The notes under the pieces are model-generated. The model worked only from the letters and a program-made list of their open reading frames with translations, made no database searches and was not told the origin of the DNA. Below are positions 1 to 20,279 of a stretch of 64,000 bases of DNA, piece by piece. The position numbers and the translations under genes are program-made. The DNA lies in NCBI GenBank assembly GCA_009914755.4, contig CP086569.2, forward strand, positions 11,616,001 through 11,680,000, written 5' to 3'. How positions within the stretch are numbered: the first letter of the stretch is position 1; each line of letters begins with the position of its first letter. The stretch is from the human T2T-CHM13v2.0 reference genome, Homo sapiens.

Positions 1-252
<252 letters not shown>

Positions 253-639
253 TAAATTACCAGTGCAATCACAAATTAAGAAATGCAATTCAAAGAATTT
301 TGCATACAAGGAGTCCTGAAAGTGTTAATAACTTTTGATGCAAAGATAATTTTATGAAAGTAATAGAAGACTAAAAAGGTACAAAACAATTATTATGTAA
401 GTAGCTTCCTTTTTCTGAATCACCCATGATTACTTTTTCCACCAAACAAAAACTGACAATATATGTCAGACCTGTCTCAAATCTCCCCAGCCTCTTTTCC
501 TAAACCTCCCCAGCTTCTCAGGACAGACAGGCTGCTACTGTACTTTGTGCATTCTGCTATTTTTAGCAAGAGGCCTATTTTGTCAGTGTTGTCTGAATAA
601 TATTTGCCAACTCTCAGACTTTCAGTCACTTATTTGTTT

Positions 640-760
640 AGTTATTTATTTATTTGTCTCCTTTTCTTGTATTTCCCTTTTCCTTTTCTTTCCTTTCTTT
701 TTCCCTTTCCTCCTCCCTTCCTTTGCTTACTTATTTTTTTCCCTTTAATTCTCATTCACT
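640..760. repeat. Polypyrimidine (CTT/CCTT/TTCC-rich) low-complexity tract
   Basis: Runs of ctttcc, ttcc, cttt; mirror-repeat-like and strongly strand-asymmetric. Confidence 0.8.
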
Positions 761-794
761 ATTTCCATGACTGTCAAATAGTAGGTTGATCCTT

Positions 795-905
795 TAAAAT
801 ATTCCTTTTTAAAAATTTATTGTACTTTAAGTTCTGGGATACATGTGCAGAACGTGCAGGTTTGTTACATAAGTATACACGTGCCATGTGGTTTGCTACA
901 CCCAT
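795..905 (-). mobile_element. L1 3'-end fragment
   Basis: Reverse complement of the L1 3' UTR motif (ttctgggatacatgtgcagaacgtgcaggtttgttacata...gtgccatg). Confidence 0.75.
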
Positions 906-1039
906 CTACAATATATCTTAAAATAAATAAAAGTGGAAACACACAGGAGACAGGTTGTATGGGGTGAGTGGGTTGCCAAGTGGATGGTGGCAGTGTAATC
1001 CAGGGTGGCCAGTGGGGCTAAGTGTTGTGTATTCCAAGC

Positions 1040-2415
1040 ATGGCGGGGTTCCTGCCTTCCTGTGTGGCAGACTGTGGCATCAGGTAAGAGCCACTCAGTG
1101 CCCACCCTGGCTCCTCCATTGCCTTGCTCTCAGCCCCTGACATCCAGCCCACACCTGGAGATTGAACTGCACCCACTGCTCTGGGTCTCAGCTCTGTGAT
1201 CACCTCAGTAGATATTCCGAGCTTGGCTATGCAGGCAACACTGAGCCATAGTTTACTATTCTTTCATGCATTACTATCAGAGAGTCAGCAAAGGTAGTTG
1301 ACAAAGCCCAAGGGAGAATGTTGAGGGGAGTTGATGAGCTTGACTTTTTCATACAGGATGAAGCCATTGATAAATCTATGTATGCCACAAAGTGGTCAAT
1401 ATGACATGGAATCACTGAAGACTGGGATATTATGGAAATGTTCATGGAGCAAGTGGTTTTTAAATATCTTTGAGCAGAATCTGAGGACCATTATTTTTTA
1501 ATGACAGAACTTCCACTGAATACACTAGAAAATACAGAATATTTTTTCAGAAATTATGTTTGAATTATTTAATGTACCAGGATTCTACATTGCAGTTCAG
1601 GAGGTACTAGCCTTGGAAGTATCTTGGACATCTCAACAAGTGGGTGAATATATGTTAATGAGTATAGTCATTGACAAAGGAGATGGAGTCACCCTTATTC
1701 TCCCAGTTGTAGAAGGTTATGTAATTGGGAGCTGCATCAATCACATCCTGATTGTAGGTGATACTGTGTATTTCATTCAACAACTGCTAAGGGAGAGGGA
1801 GGTAGGAATCCCTCTTGAACGTCACTGGAGACCACAAAAGCCATTAAGGAGAAATACTGTTACATTTGCCCTGATATAGTCAAGGAATTTGCTAAGTATG
1901 ATGTGGATCCCTGGAAGTGGGTCAAACAGTACACAGGTATCAATGTGATCAACCAGGAGAAGTTCATAATAGACGTTGGTTACAAAAGATTCCTACAACC
2001 TGAAATATTTTTTTTACCCAGAGTTTGCCAACCCAGACTTTATGGAATCCATCTTGAATGTTGTTGATGAATACAAAACTGTCCTATTGATGTGCGTTGT
2101 CCACTGTATAAGAATGTTGTTCTTTCAAGGGGTTTGACCATATTCAGGGATTTGAATCTCAACTACAGAGAGATTTGAAGAGTGGTACATGCCAGATTAA
2201 AACTCAGTAAGGAGCTCAGTGGCAGGAGAATCAAACCTAAGCTTACAGAGGTTCGGGTGGTAATCCATCACATGCAGCACTATGCCTTATGGTTTGGAAG
2301 CTTAATGCTAGCCTCAACTCTGGAGTTATTTCAGGTCTGTCACACCAAGAAGGACTATAAAGAATATGGCCCCAGCATCTGCCACCAGAGCCTTCTCTTT
2401 GGAGTAATGTCTTAG
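1040..2415 (+). pseudogene. ACTR3B (ARP3-beta)-derived pseudogene. Exon-1-like 1040-1083, a 128-bp GT..AG intron-like insert 1084-1211, then contiguous cDNA-like homology to TAG at 2413-2415; the 3' UTR-like sequence continues to ~2700
   Basis: Translated frames match ARP3-beta: [96 protein letters not shown], and the C-terminus [17 protein letters not shown]...[17 protein letters not shown]...FGVMS*. Homology jumps between frames, giving several frameshifts. Confidence 0.8.
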
Positions 2416-2759
2416 TGTCTGCCTTGAAAGCATCATTTAATAGTGTCATGTTGGGGAACAAGTGTCCTTCAGAACCCAGAGAAGACTACCATTTCTAAAT
2501 GACATTTAGTGTTGATGTCTGAGCAGCATGCTTGCATCACCTAGTGCATGAGGCACAGGGCAGAGTCATTTCAGTAAAAGCCGTTTCTTTATGTGTTGAC
2601 TATTGTATGCCCACTCCTCATTCTTTCACTCCCTTTCTTCATGCTTCCGCAGTTTCCCTCCTCCTTTTCACTTGAACTTTTTTGTTGACAAATATCATTC
2701 GGAAAGAATTCAAATGTGACTCTGAAAATTGTTAAGAGGAAAAAAAATTTCAAAAATGG

Positions 2760-4110
2760 CCCAAAATAGTTCTCCCCCAGGAAAGAATGCAGTGGTATAA
2801 ATCATTTTCCCCCAGCCTATTTTTCTAAATAAAATGTTATAAACTTAAAATACAAAAAACCAATAACATAGCAATATTTACAGGATACAATTAAAGCAGT
2901 GTATAGAGGAAAATGTATAGCTTTAAAAACAGAAAAAATAATCTAAAATTGATAATTAAAACTTCCATCTTAAGACTCTAGAAAAAGAGGAGTAAACCAA
3001 GCTGAAAGTAAGTAGGATGTATGAAATAAAAATGTCACAGTGGAAAACGATAAATACAGAACAGGATAACATTAAAAACAACCAAAGAAACCCAAAATTG
3101 CTTATTTCAGAAAGTCAAGACGATAAATAATATTTAGTGAAATTGACCAAGAAAAAAGAAAGAAGACACTAATTCCCAAAATCAAGAATCAAAGAGAAAT
3201 ATCACCACAGACCCTACCCTTAAAAGGATGTAAAGAAAATAGCATAATAACTTTAAGGCAAAAAATTTGACAACTTAAATAAAATAGAACAATTCCTAGA
3301 AAGACACAAATTACCAAAACTGACTCAAGGCAAAAGAAAAAAAAAAAACAAATACCAATATCAAGTAAAGAAATTGCATCAGTAATTTCAAATCTTCCTA
3401 TAGAGAAAAAAATATACTTCACTGGTGAATTCTATCAAACTATTAAGGGAGGAAATAATACCAGTGTTACAAAAACTTTATTCAGCAAATAGAGGATGAA
3501 GGAAACTTCCCAACTAACTTTATTTCATTTGATATCAATATTACCCTGATATCAAAACAAGACAAAGACATTACAAGAAAACATAGCTATATATCAATAT
3601 CCCTTGTGAAACTAGACATAAAAATTCTTAACCAAATATTAGCAAATGTAATTGAGCAACATATGAAAAGGATTTTATACCACAATCAAATGAAGTTTAT
3701 CTCAAGAATGTGAGGTTGACCTAACATCCAAAAATCAATGTAATAAACTATATTAACAGAATAAAGGACAAAACCATATGATCACCTCAATAGATGCAGA
3801 AAAGCATTTGACAGAATTCAACACTCATATATTTAAAAAAATCTCATCAACTTATGAATAGAAGGGAACTACTTCAAATGATCAAGGCATCTACCAGAAG
3901 CCTATAGCCAACATACTTAATGGTAAGAATGTGCTTCCCTCTAGATTAGGAAACATGCAAAGATATCTGTGTTTACCACTTCTATTTAACAATGCACCAC
4001 AGGTCTTAATTTGTGCAATAGTCAAGGAAAAAGGTATGGAAAAAAGATAACTCTTTTTATTGTTAGCCTTTATGCAGAAAATCCTAAGGAACACACCCAC
4101 ACACACACCC
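2760..4110 (+). mobile_element. Old L1 (L1M/L1PB-like) ORF2 fragment
   Basis: Degenerate ORF2 reverse-transcriptase homology (FTGEFYQT..., ..NQILANVIEQHMKRI..) with many stops. Confidence 0.75.
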
Positions 4111-4130
4111 ACATACCACACCCCCTCCCA
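4094..4130. repeat. Imperfect (CA)n/(CACCC)-like simple repeat
   Basis: cacacccacacacacacccacataccacaccccc. Confidence 0.7.
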
Positions 4131-4275
4131 GATTTACTAGAACTAAGAGGGGGGGTTAGTAAGTTTGTAGAGTATATGATCAATATACAAAAATCGGTTA
4201 TATATATAGTAGCAACAAACAAAACAAAGATGAAATAAAGAAAACAATTCCAATCACAATAGCATCAAAAATAAA

Positions 4276-6926
4276 TGTCTTAGTTTGTTTTATGTTGTTA
4301 TAATAGAACACCTGAGACTGTATAAAGAGTTTTATTTAGCTCATGTTTCTCCAGACTGGGAAGTTCAAGAAGCATGGCACCAGTATCTGCTTAACTTCTG
4401 GTGAGGGCTTTAGCAGTACATCACAACATGGCAGAAGAGGACGTGGGAATGTGCCAAGAGGCCAAACACAAGGTACAACCTTGTACAATGGGTTGCTTTA
4501 TAACAATCCATTCTCAGGGCAACTAATCTATTCCCACAGGAACCAATCCAGTTTCATGAGAGCAAGAACTCACTCACTATATGAGGACTGCACCAAGCTG
4601 CTCAAAATGTCAGAGTCCCCATGACCCAAGCATCTCCCATTAGGCCCTACCTCTTAGAGGTTCCAACATGATTTTTGACAGAAACACGGAAACCATGGCA
4701 TTCCATACTTGGAAACCCAAACTCATGTCCCTCTTACACTACAAAATATAATTATTCAATCTCAATGGTCCTCAAAGTCTTAATGTATTCCAGTAACAAT
4801 TCAAAGGTTAAAGTCCAAAGTCTTAATGTATTCCAGTAACAATTCAAAGGTTAAAGTCCAAAGTCTCATATAAGACTCAAGGCAAGTTCCTTCTAGCTAT
4901 GAGCCTGTAAAATAAAATAAAAAAAAAAACAAACAAGTTATTTACTTACAAGATACAACGGTGGAATAGTCATATGGCAGACAGTTCCATTCCAAAAGGG
5001 AGAAATAGGCCAAAAGAAGAAAGAGGTGACAGGCCTCAAGCAAGTTCAAAACTCAGCAGGGCAGACATTAAATCTTAAAGCTCCAGAATAATTCTCCACT
5101 CCATGTGCTACCTCCTGAGCACAGTGGGAAGTTTTTATCCTTTAAGCCTTGGGCAGCCCCACCTCCATTACTTTGTTGGGCATAGCCACATGGCTACTCT
5201 CCCTGGTTGGATTTGGATACCAGTGGCCTTTCCAGGCTGAGGTTGCATGGTGGCAATGGCTCTATAGTTCTGGAGTCCCAGTGGTGGTCCACTTCATGGA
5301 TTCACTAGGCATTGCCCTTGTACAGACACTTTGTGGCAGCTCCAACCCTACATTTCTGCTCAGCATTGCCCTAGGGGAGGTACACTGCAGTGGCTCTGGC
5401 CCTGCAACAAGTCTCCACCTGAGCTCCCAGTCTTTTCAGTACATTCCTTAAAATCTAAGTGGCAGCCACCATGCCTCCACTTCTCTTGTATTCTGCGCAT
5501 CTGCAAAACAAGTACCACATGGTTGTAAAAGCCATCAAGGGTTACCGCTTGCACCCTCCAGAGTGCTGTCATGAGCTGTATCTGAGGCTGCTTGATCAAT
5601 GACTGCGTGCCACCAAGGTTTATGGTTTGTATCTTGAGGAATGGCAGCCTGAGCCACACCTGAGTATGATTGTGCCATGGCTGGGGTGGCTGCTGAGGGC
5701 TGTGCCAGAATTTGGGGAGCAGGATCTCAAAACAGCACAGGGCAGTGATGCATGGGTTCTGTCTCTTAAAACCATTCTGTCCTCCTAGACCTCTGGAGAG
5801 GCAACCTCAAAAATTTCTGAAACGTCTTCAGGGCCTTTAAAAAATTGTCTCAATAATTGTCAACTGGCTTTCTTCTCTCAGTGCTAATCTCTTTAGTATT
5901 GGTTGTTCTGCTGCACCCTTGGATTCCTCACCTGAAAATGCTCTTTCATTCTCTTCCACATGGCCAGGCTATTAATTTTCAAATTTTTGTGTTTGCTTCC
6001 CTTGTCGTTTTGCATTTCACTGAATGTAGTAAGGAGTAAGTACATAGCTGCTCTATATTTTGCTTAGAAATTTCTTCTGCCAGGTACCGTAGTTCATCAC
6101 ACTTAAGTTTGGCCTTCCACAAAACCTTAGGGTACAAAGCCTTAGAAACAACAAAGTCAAATTTTTGCTATTGTCTAACAAGGATTATTTGGTCTCCAGT
6201 TCCTAATACCTTGTTCCTCATTTCTATCTGAGATCTCATTAGAATGGCCTTTGCTGTCCATATTTTTATCAGCATTGTGGTAATGACTACTTAACCAATC
6301 TCTAAGAAATTCTAAACTTTCTCTAATCTTTTTGTTATCTTTTGAGCCCTCAGTGAAATTATCCTTAATGCTCTGTTTATGGCAATACAGTCTTTTTCTA
6401 GTCTGCTCCATCAAACTTTTCCAACTTCTGCCCATTACCCAATTCCAATGATGCTTCTGCATTTTTGAGGATCTAAATAGCAACATCCCACTCTCAGTAC
6501 CAATTTTCTGTCTTAGTCTGTTTTGTGTTGCTATAACAGAATATTGGAGACTGAGTAATTTATAAAGAGATATATTTGGCTTGCAGTTCTGCAGGCTGGA
6601 AAGAAAGACACTGGCATCTGCTTGGGTTCTGGTGAAAGCTTTAGTGTTGTGTCACAACATGGTAGAAGAAGGTCAAAGAGGAGTAGGCATGTACCAGGAG
6701 GCCAAACATGAAGTGTGACCTCACCGTATAGCAACTCATTCTCATGGTAACTAATCCATTCCTGAGAGAACTAATCTCACGACAGTGAGAACTCACTCAC
6801 CAGTGTAAGAATAGTACCAAGCTGCCCACAAAGGAAGAGCTCCCAAGACCCAAACACTTCCCATTAGGCCCCACCTCTTAAGCATTCCAACATGAGTTTT
6901 GGTAGAGACACTCAAACTATAGCAAT
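4276..6926 (-). mobile_element. ERVL-MaLR (MST/THE1-like) element, LTR-internal-LTR. LTRs ~4276-4760 and ~6510-6926, internal region between them
   Basis: Both ends show the reverse-complemented MaLR LTR signature: tgtcttagt..tgttataa(c/t)ag..gagactg..taatttataaag ... gagaactcactca ... caaact(c/a)at. The two LTRs are in the same orientation ~1.75 kb apart; possible short ATAA-type flank duplication. Confidence 0.7.
4783..4860. repeat. Tandem duplication, 2 x ~38 bp
   Basis: tcttaatgtattccagtaacaattcaaaggttaaagtccaaag repeated twice, head to tail. Confidence 0.85.
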
Positions 6927-6934
6927 AATAATTA

Positions 6935-7690
6935 GGAATAAATTTAACAAAATAAGTGTGAAACCTTTGCACTGAAAACTAAAAAACATCACTCAGATAA
7001 ATGCCTAAATAAATAGAGAGATATATCATATTAATGGATTAGATGACTCAATATTGTTAGTTGTCAATTGATCTACAAATTAACTTCAATTCCTGCCAAA
7101 AGTCTAGAAAGATTATTGGAAAAATTGACAAGCTGATTCTAAAATTATATAGAAATAGAAAAATACCTAGAATAGCCAAAACAATCTTGCTAAGTAAGAA
7201 TGAAGTTAGAGTACTTAATACTGCCTTATTTTAAAATTCAGTGTAAAGCAACAGTAGTCAAGACAGTGTAGAATCCACATTAAGAGAGATAGATAGATCA
7301 ATGGAACTAAGTGGATTTCAGAATCCAACCACATAAATAGTCAATTAATTTTCATCAAAGATGCTAAGACAATTCAATAGGAAAAAGATGTTCTTTCAAC
7401 AAATGATTCTATAAGAACTGGTTATTCATTTACAAAAACTAAACCTAGATCCTTAGGTCATATACGAAAATTAACTAAAATGGATCATAGACCTAATTGT
7501 ATAAGCTAAAACTGTAAAACTCCTAGGAAAAAAAAATAGGATAAAATATTTATGACCTTGGACTAAGAAAAGTTTTCTTAGATATAATATCAAAAACATG
7601 TTCCATAAAAGAAAAACAGATAAATTAGACTTCACCAAAATGATGAAATCTTTGCTTTTCAAATATTTTTTAAATAAATGAAAAGAGAGG
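6935..7690 (+). mobile_element. Old L1 (L1M-like) ORF2 C-terminal fragment
   Basis: Degenerate ORF2 homology (..KTVWYWHK..QWNRIE..) that continues the 2760-4110 fragment across the MaLR insertion. Confidence 0.7.
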
Positions 7691-9112
7691 ATCATTCCAA
7701 GATGGGCAAATAGGAACAGCTCCTGTCTGCAGCTCTCAGCATAATTGACGTAGAAGACAGGTGATTTCTGTATTTCCTACTGAGGTACCTTGTTCATCGC
7801 ACTGAGACGGGTCAGACAGTGGGTGCAGGCCACAGAGGGTGAGCCGAAGCAGGGCAGGGCGTCGCCTCATCTGGGAAGCAGCAAAAGTGGTCGGGGGATT
7901 TCCCTTTCCTAGCCAAGGGAAGCCGTGACAGATGGTACCTGGAAAATCCGGACAGTCCCACCCTAATACTGTGCTTTTCCAATGGTCCTAGCAAACGGCA
8001 CACCAGGATATTATATCCCATGCATGGCTCGGTGGGTCCCATGCCCACACAGCCTTGTTTACTGATAGTGCAGCAGTCCGAGATCGAACTGCAAGGTGGC
8101 AGCATGGCCTGGGAGAGGGGCGTCCACCATTGCTGAGGATTGAGTAGGTAAACAAAGCAGCTGGGAAACCTGAACTGGGTGGAGCTCACTGCAGCTCAAT
8201 GAGGCCTGGCAACCTCTATAGACTCCACCTCTGGGGGCAGGGTATAGCTGATTAAAAGGCAGCAGAAACTTCTGCAGACTTAAACATCCCTGTCTGACAG
8301 CTCTGAAGAGAGCAGTGGTTCTCCAGCATGGAGTTTGAACTCTGAGAATGGACAGAGCTGCCAGTAGGGGTTTACAGACACCTCATACAGCCAGGTGTCC
8401 CTCTGAGATGAAGCTTCCAGAAGAAGGATCAGGCAGCAATATTTGCTGTTCTGCAGCCTCCACTGGTGACACTCAGGCAAACAGGGTCTGGAGTGGACCT
8501 CCAACAAACTCCAACAGACCTGCAGCTGAGGGTCCTGATTGTTAGAAGGAAAACTAGCAAACAGAAAGGAACAGCATCAACAAAAAGGACATCCACACCA
8601 AAACCACATCTGTAGGTCACCATCATTAAAGACCAAAGATAGATAAAACTACAAAGATGGGGGGAAACCAGAGAAGGCAAGTTGAAAATTCAAAAAACCA
8701 GAGCGCCGCTTCTCCTCCGAAGGATTGAAGCTCCTTGCCAGCAATGGAACAAAGCTGGATGGAGAATGACTTTGATGAGTTGACAGAAGTAGGCTTTACA
8801 AGGTCAGTAATAACAAACTTCTCTGAGCTAAAGGAGGATGTTCGAACCCATTGCAAGGAAGCTAAAAACCTTGAACAAAGATTAGATAAATGGCTAACTA
8901 GAATAAAGAGCATAGAGAAGACCTTAAATGACCTGACAGAGCTGAAAACCATGGCATGAGAACTACATGACACATGCACAAGTTTCTGTAGCCGATTCAA
9001 TCAAGTGGAAGAAAGGGTATCAGTGATGGAAGATCAAATGAATGAAATGAAGTGAGAAGTGAAGTTTAGAGAAAAAGAGTAAAAGGAAATGAACAAAGCC
9101 TCCAAGAAATAT
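7690..9112 (+). mobile_element. Young L1 (L1PA-like) 5' UTR plus ORF1 N-terminal part
   Basis: The L1 5' UTR start motif ...aagatgggcaaataggaacagctcc is followed by ORF1 (MEQSWMENDFDELTEVGFTRSVITNFSELKEDV...). Confidence 0.85.
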
Positions 9113-13384
<4,272 letters not shown>

Positions 13385-13390
13385 TCACAC

Positions 13391-13568
13391 TTCAGCCTTC
13401 GAGTAGCTATCAGGTGCGCCACCATGCCCAGCTAATTTTTGTGTTTTTAGTAGAGATGGGGTTTCACCATGTTGCCTAGGTTAGTCTTGAACTCCTGGGC
13501 TCAGGTGATCTGCTCGCCTTGGCCTCCCAAAATGCTAGTATTACAGGCATGAGCCACTGTGCCCAGCC
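13391..13568 (-). mobile_element. Alu, 3' half only
   Basis: ggcctcccaaaatgctagtattacaggcatgagccactgtgcccagcc. Confidence 0.85.
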
Positions 13569-13569
13569 A

Positions 13570-15960
<2,391 letters not shown>

Positions 15961-16004
15961 TCTCAGGAACAGAAGCAAACGTTTAACAATTTGCCCAAGC
16001 AGCT

Positions 16005-16317
16005 TTTATTTTATTTTATTATTTTTAAAGAGACAGGGTCTTGCCCTGTTGCCTGGGTTGGAATAGTGGCACGATCATATATCTCACAGCATCCTTGAAC
16101 TCGTGGGTTCTAGGGACCCTCTGCCTTAGCCTCCTGAGTAGCTGGGACTACAGGCACACACCGCAATGCCTAGCTAATTTTAAAAAAGTTTTTATTTTGT
16201 AGAGATTAAGTCTCACTATGTTGCCCAAGCTAGCCGCAAACTCTTGGCTTCAAATGATTCTTCCACCTTGGTGCCCCGAAGTGTTGGGATTACAGGCATC
16301 AGTCATGGCACCTGGCC
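16005..16317 (-). mobile_element. Alu
   Basis: Full-length reverse-complemented Alu ending ..gtgttgggattacaggcatcagtcatggcacctggcc. Confidence 0.9.
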
Positions 16318-16567
16318 TGAGCAGGTTTTAATAAGTCACCCCATATTTGGAGAATTTCTAATATTATTAATATTACTTTCTCAATGCAGAAGCCAGGAAC
16401 ACAAATTTTTAAACTTCCTTTGTCATGAAGACATTGACACATGATGAATACACTGCTACTGACATTAATTTCTGCTTTTATCTGCATAGCTAGTACCTCC
16501 AGGAAAAGGAGAGGAATGAGGTTGGAAAATAGTACACAGGAAGCTTCAACTATATCTATAATGATTT

Positions 16568-16935
<368 letters not shown>

Positions 16936-18133
16936 AGATAATGTTTAAATTAGAAGGTTGCATGCATAAATATGATATCTTGGACATTGATGAGATCACA
17001 TAGACAAACTATGTAAAAGGAAAAGAGGAAAAGGCCCATGTCTAAGTCCTGAGTGATATTTCATATTTAGAAGTTAGGAAAAGAAGAATGGAAAATGGAA
17101 GACAAAAAAGGATGAAGCAGTGAGGGAAGAAGAAAACCAGTAAGTGGTGCCTCAGAATTAGAAAAAAAAGAGAAGTGTTTCAATAAGAGAGTGATCATCG
17201 GCGTCAAAAGCTGCAAAGATCTTGAATACGATGCAGACAGAAAAGTTCACTGGATTTGGTTAATACACTTAGTCAGATAACAAAAAAACAGCAATTTCAC
17301 CAGTTACGCTCCTTTTCATACTCCAGAGATGAAGGATAATATTCACTAGCCTATATAATATTCTAAGTCTTGAATGTCAAATAACATAACATAGGTGATT
17401 GTGTTAAATGTCAGAGTATTTAAGGAATAATTATGTTGCAATATACAGGCCAGCGTGCATTTGTTGCTGCTGGAGTAGTCAAGTTTTATTTCTGACAAGT
17501 CTTCAGTTCCAGGGAGCCTCTCCCTGGCTGAGTAACTCTCACCCATTCATCTTTCAGGGAGAGTTTGCTGTGCATCCCAAGTATCTTAGAATTGGGTAGA
17601 AGTTTAGCTTTAATTAGTTTGACCTTGAGTCTAGCAACAGGAGAAGGAACAGGCAGCGAAGAGGCTGTGAATGATGTCCCAGCAGCAGGAGACAGGGAGT
17701 GTCATTATCATTCCTGGTCTTCTCACAGTACTCTGAATACAGAGAGTGAGGAAGATTAGGGGGTCGTGTCTGCTGACCCCCTGATGATCTCAGACCCTCT
17801 CTGCTCTTTCTGGATGGTGACCTGTTAATTCTGGCATATTATTACTGATAATATATTTATCCTTTTCACTGTGATTTGCCCAATTGTTGCTTTAGCACTG
17901 GACCTTGTCAAGAAGTTGTTGGTAGTGGATCCAAAGGCACGTTTTATGACAGAAGAAGCCTTAAGACACCGTGTCTTCAGGTGGGTGTGGGACAGTGCCT
18001 GCAAGCATAAAATACATGGGAAGCCCTGCTGCCTGAAAGACATGAGACAGAGGACAGAAACATGTTTAGTCTGTTTAATCTAATTGTTTTAGATGTACGG
18101 GGGGTATCTTGGAGGACGGGTTACAACCTGTAT

Positions 18134-18346
<213 letters not shown>

Positions 18347-18904
18347 AATCTTTTTGATGTTACTCATGGCTGTTGGATGTACAAGCTCAATTTATGTCCT
18401 GTTCTGGTTCCACTTGGCTGTCCCAAGTCTTCAGTCTGGCCTGTGTTCTTTTGAGGGCTTGTTCTGGCTCTACCCCCAGCCATGCCCACTGCTCTTCATA
18501 GGTGGGGTGCATTCCAGCCATCTTCAACTTTAAATCAGGGAAGTGGGGGAGGGGGAGGAGGGCAGCCTCCCTGGGGAGAATCCAGCTATTTCTCAAGCCC
18601 AAGTGACTGGGTATAAAGCTTCCCACTGCTTGTTCATTCCGGTGAGTAAATGTGTCCTTAGTGAAGGCCGTCACGTGCACCTTTCATCTGTGTTACTGCT
18701 GTGCTCCTGCTAGGGGTTGGGGTTGCCATTATTAAATGCTGACCTCATTTGGAACTGTCAAGAGTTGGAAGTACGTTTTGGCTTTGCTGGATTAATCTTT
18801 AGTTTTTGAATTAGCTACCCCATTGGGCAGGTTTTCTGATAGATGTTTGGTCTTCTGTAACGAGCAGTTCCATTCAACACAGCCATGTCCCTTTCTATTA
18901 ATTT

Positions 18905-19275
18905 TCTTTTGGTCTGTGTATCAGTCTGTTCTCACACTGCTATAAAGAACTGCCCAAGACTGGGTAATTTATAAAGAAAGGACGTTTAATTGACTCACAG
19001 CTCCACATGGCTGGGGAGGCCTCAGGAAACTTACAATCATGGTGGAAGGGGAAGAAGGCATGTCTTAATGGCAGCAGGTGAGAGAGCTTGTGAAGGAAGT
19101 GAAGGGCGAAGAGACTTTTATGAAACTGTCAGATCTCGTGAGAACTCACTATCACGAGAATAGCCTGGGGGAAACTGTCCCCATGAGCCAATCACCTCTC
19201 AATAGGTCCCTTTCTCAACACCTGGGGATTACAATTTGAGATGAGATTTGGGCAGGGACATAAAGCCAAACTGTA
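18905..19275 (-). mobile_element. THE1-like (ERVL-MaLR) solo LTR
   Basis: Reverse-complemented THE1 consensus: ..gctataaagaactgcccaagactgggtaatttataaag..tcacagctccacatggctggggaggcctcaggaaacttacaatcatggtggaagg...tgtatca. Confidence 0.85.
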
Positions 19276-20279
19276 TCAATCCGTTTTCTGTGGAGATGGG
19301 GGACAGAACTGGTAGCTTGAGCTAGAGGCTGTTACTTGAGCTAAATGCTGTTTCTCTGGGGATTACTGGTCCAGGAACTCCTTGGGCAATCCAGCCTCAG
19401 CCCCGTACTTCTGGGACTCTAGGAAGACTGTCCCCATTCTCTGTTCTAATACTCTACACCTAACAGTTTTGCTCAGGCCAGCTCAGGTTGAGAACAACAA
19501 AAACTTAAAAAAAAAAAGACAGATATATGTGTTTTGGATGTTGCCCTGGAAACTACAGTCTCCCCAGAAGAAATCTGTCAGATGATTTAGCATTTAATAG
19601 ACCACACAGATTTGAGACAGCGGGACCCTGCAGGAAAGGGCTTTGGAAACAAAGGGTGCCTTTGCATGTGGGGATTTTAATTTTGATGAAAAAAAGAAAC
19701 ATGTCTTTTGGCTCTTTTCATGTGTCCTAATAGGGAAATTCTCGGGTCTAAATGTAGAGGTACAGGAGCTGTGTTCATCCCTAGCAAAAAACAGAGCTGG
19801 CCTGTTGAGCCTGGGAACAGGGTTTGCATCTGCCTGAAATTTATGAGCAAGGGTAGCCCATTTTTCTTGTATTTCGTCTCAAATAAAACTTATTAACAAC
19901 CAAGGAGAAGGTGAAGTTCAACTCTGTTGCAGGATCTCCCTGGAATACTCTTTTAGCCACCTTTTGTTTTTGCAGTAAAAGGAGGAATGAGCATTGAATG
20001 AAGACAAGGATGAAGACTGACCATCTAAAACATCTGTTAGTGATAGTTTGGGTTTTATTTTGGGAAAATTCAGTGTTTTCGCAAAAAACAAATGGTTTTG
20101 TGGGTCTGGAGCTGGACTGAGTGTTGGGAATGTGGATTCTTGTTTCTGTTTTGTCATTAACACAGTGCCCAATTTTGGGAGCATCCCTTACATCTACTGT
20201 CTGCCTCATATTTACTGCCTGAAATAGACGATTTCTTCTGTTTGCTTTCAAGGGATATTATAATTTAATTTTTATTTTA

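Noticed and set aside
6175-6486. 103-aa minus-strand ORF
   Set aside because: It falls in the internal region between the two MaLR LTRs. MaLR internal sequences are non-coding remnants, and I see no protein similarity.
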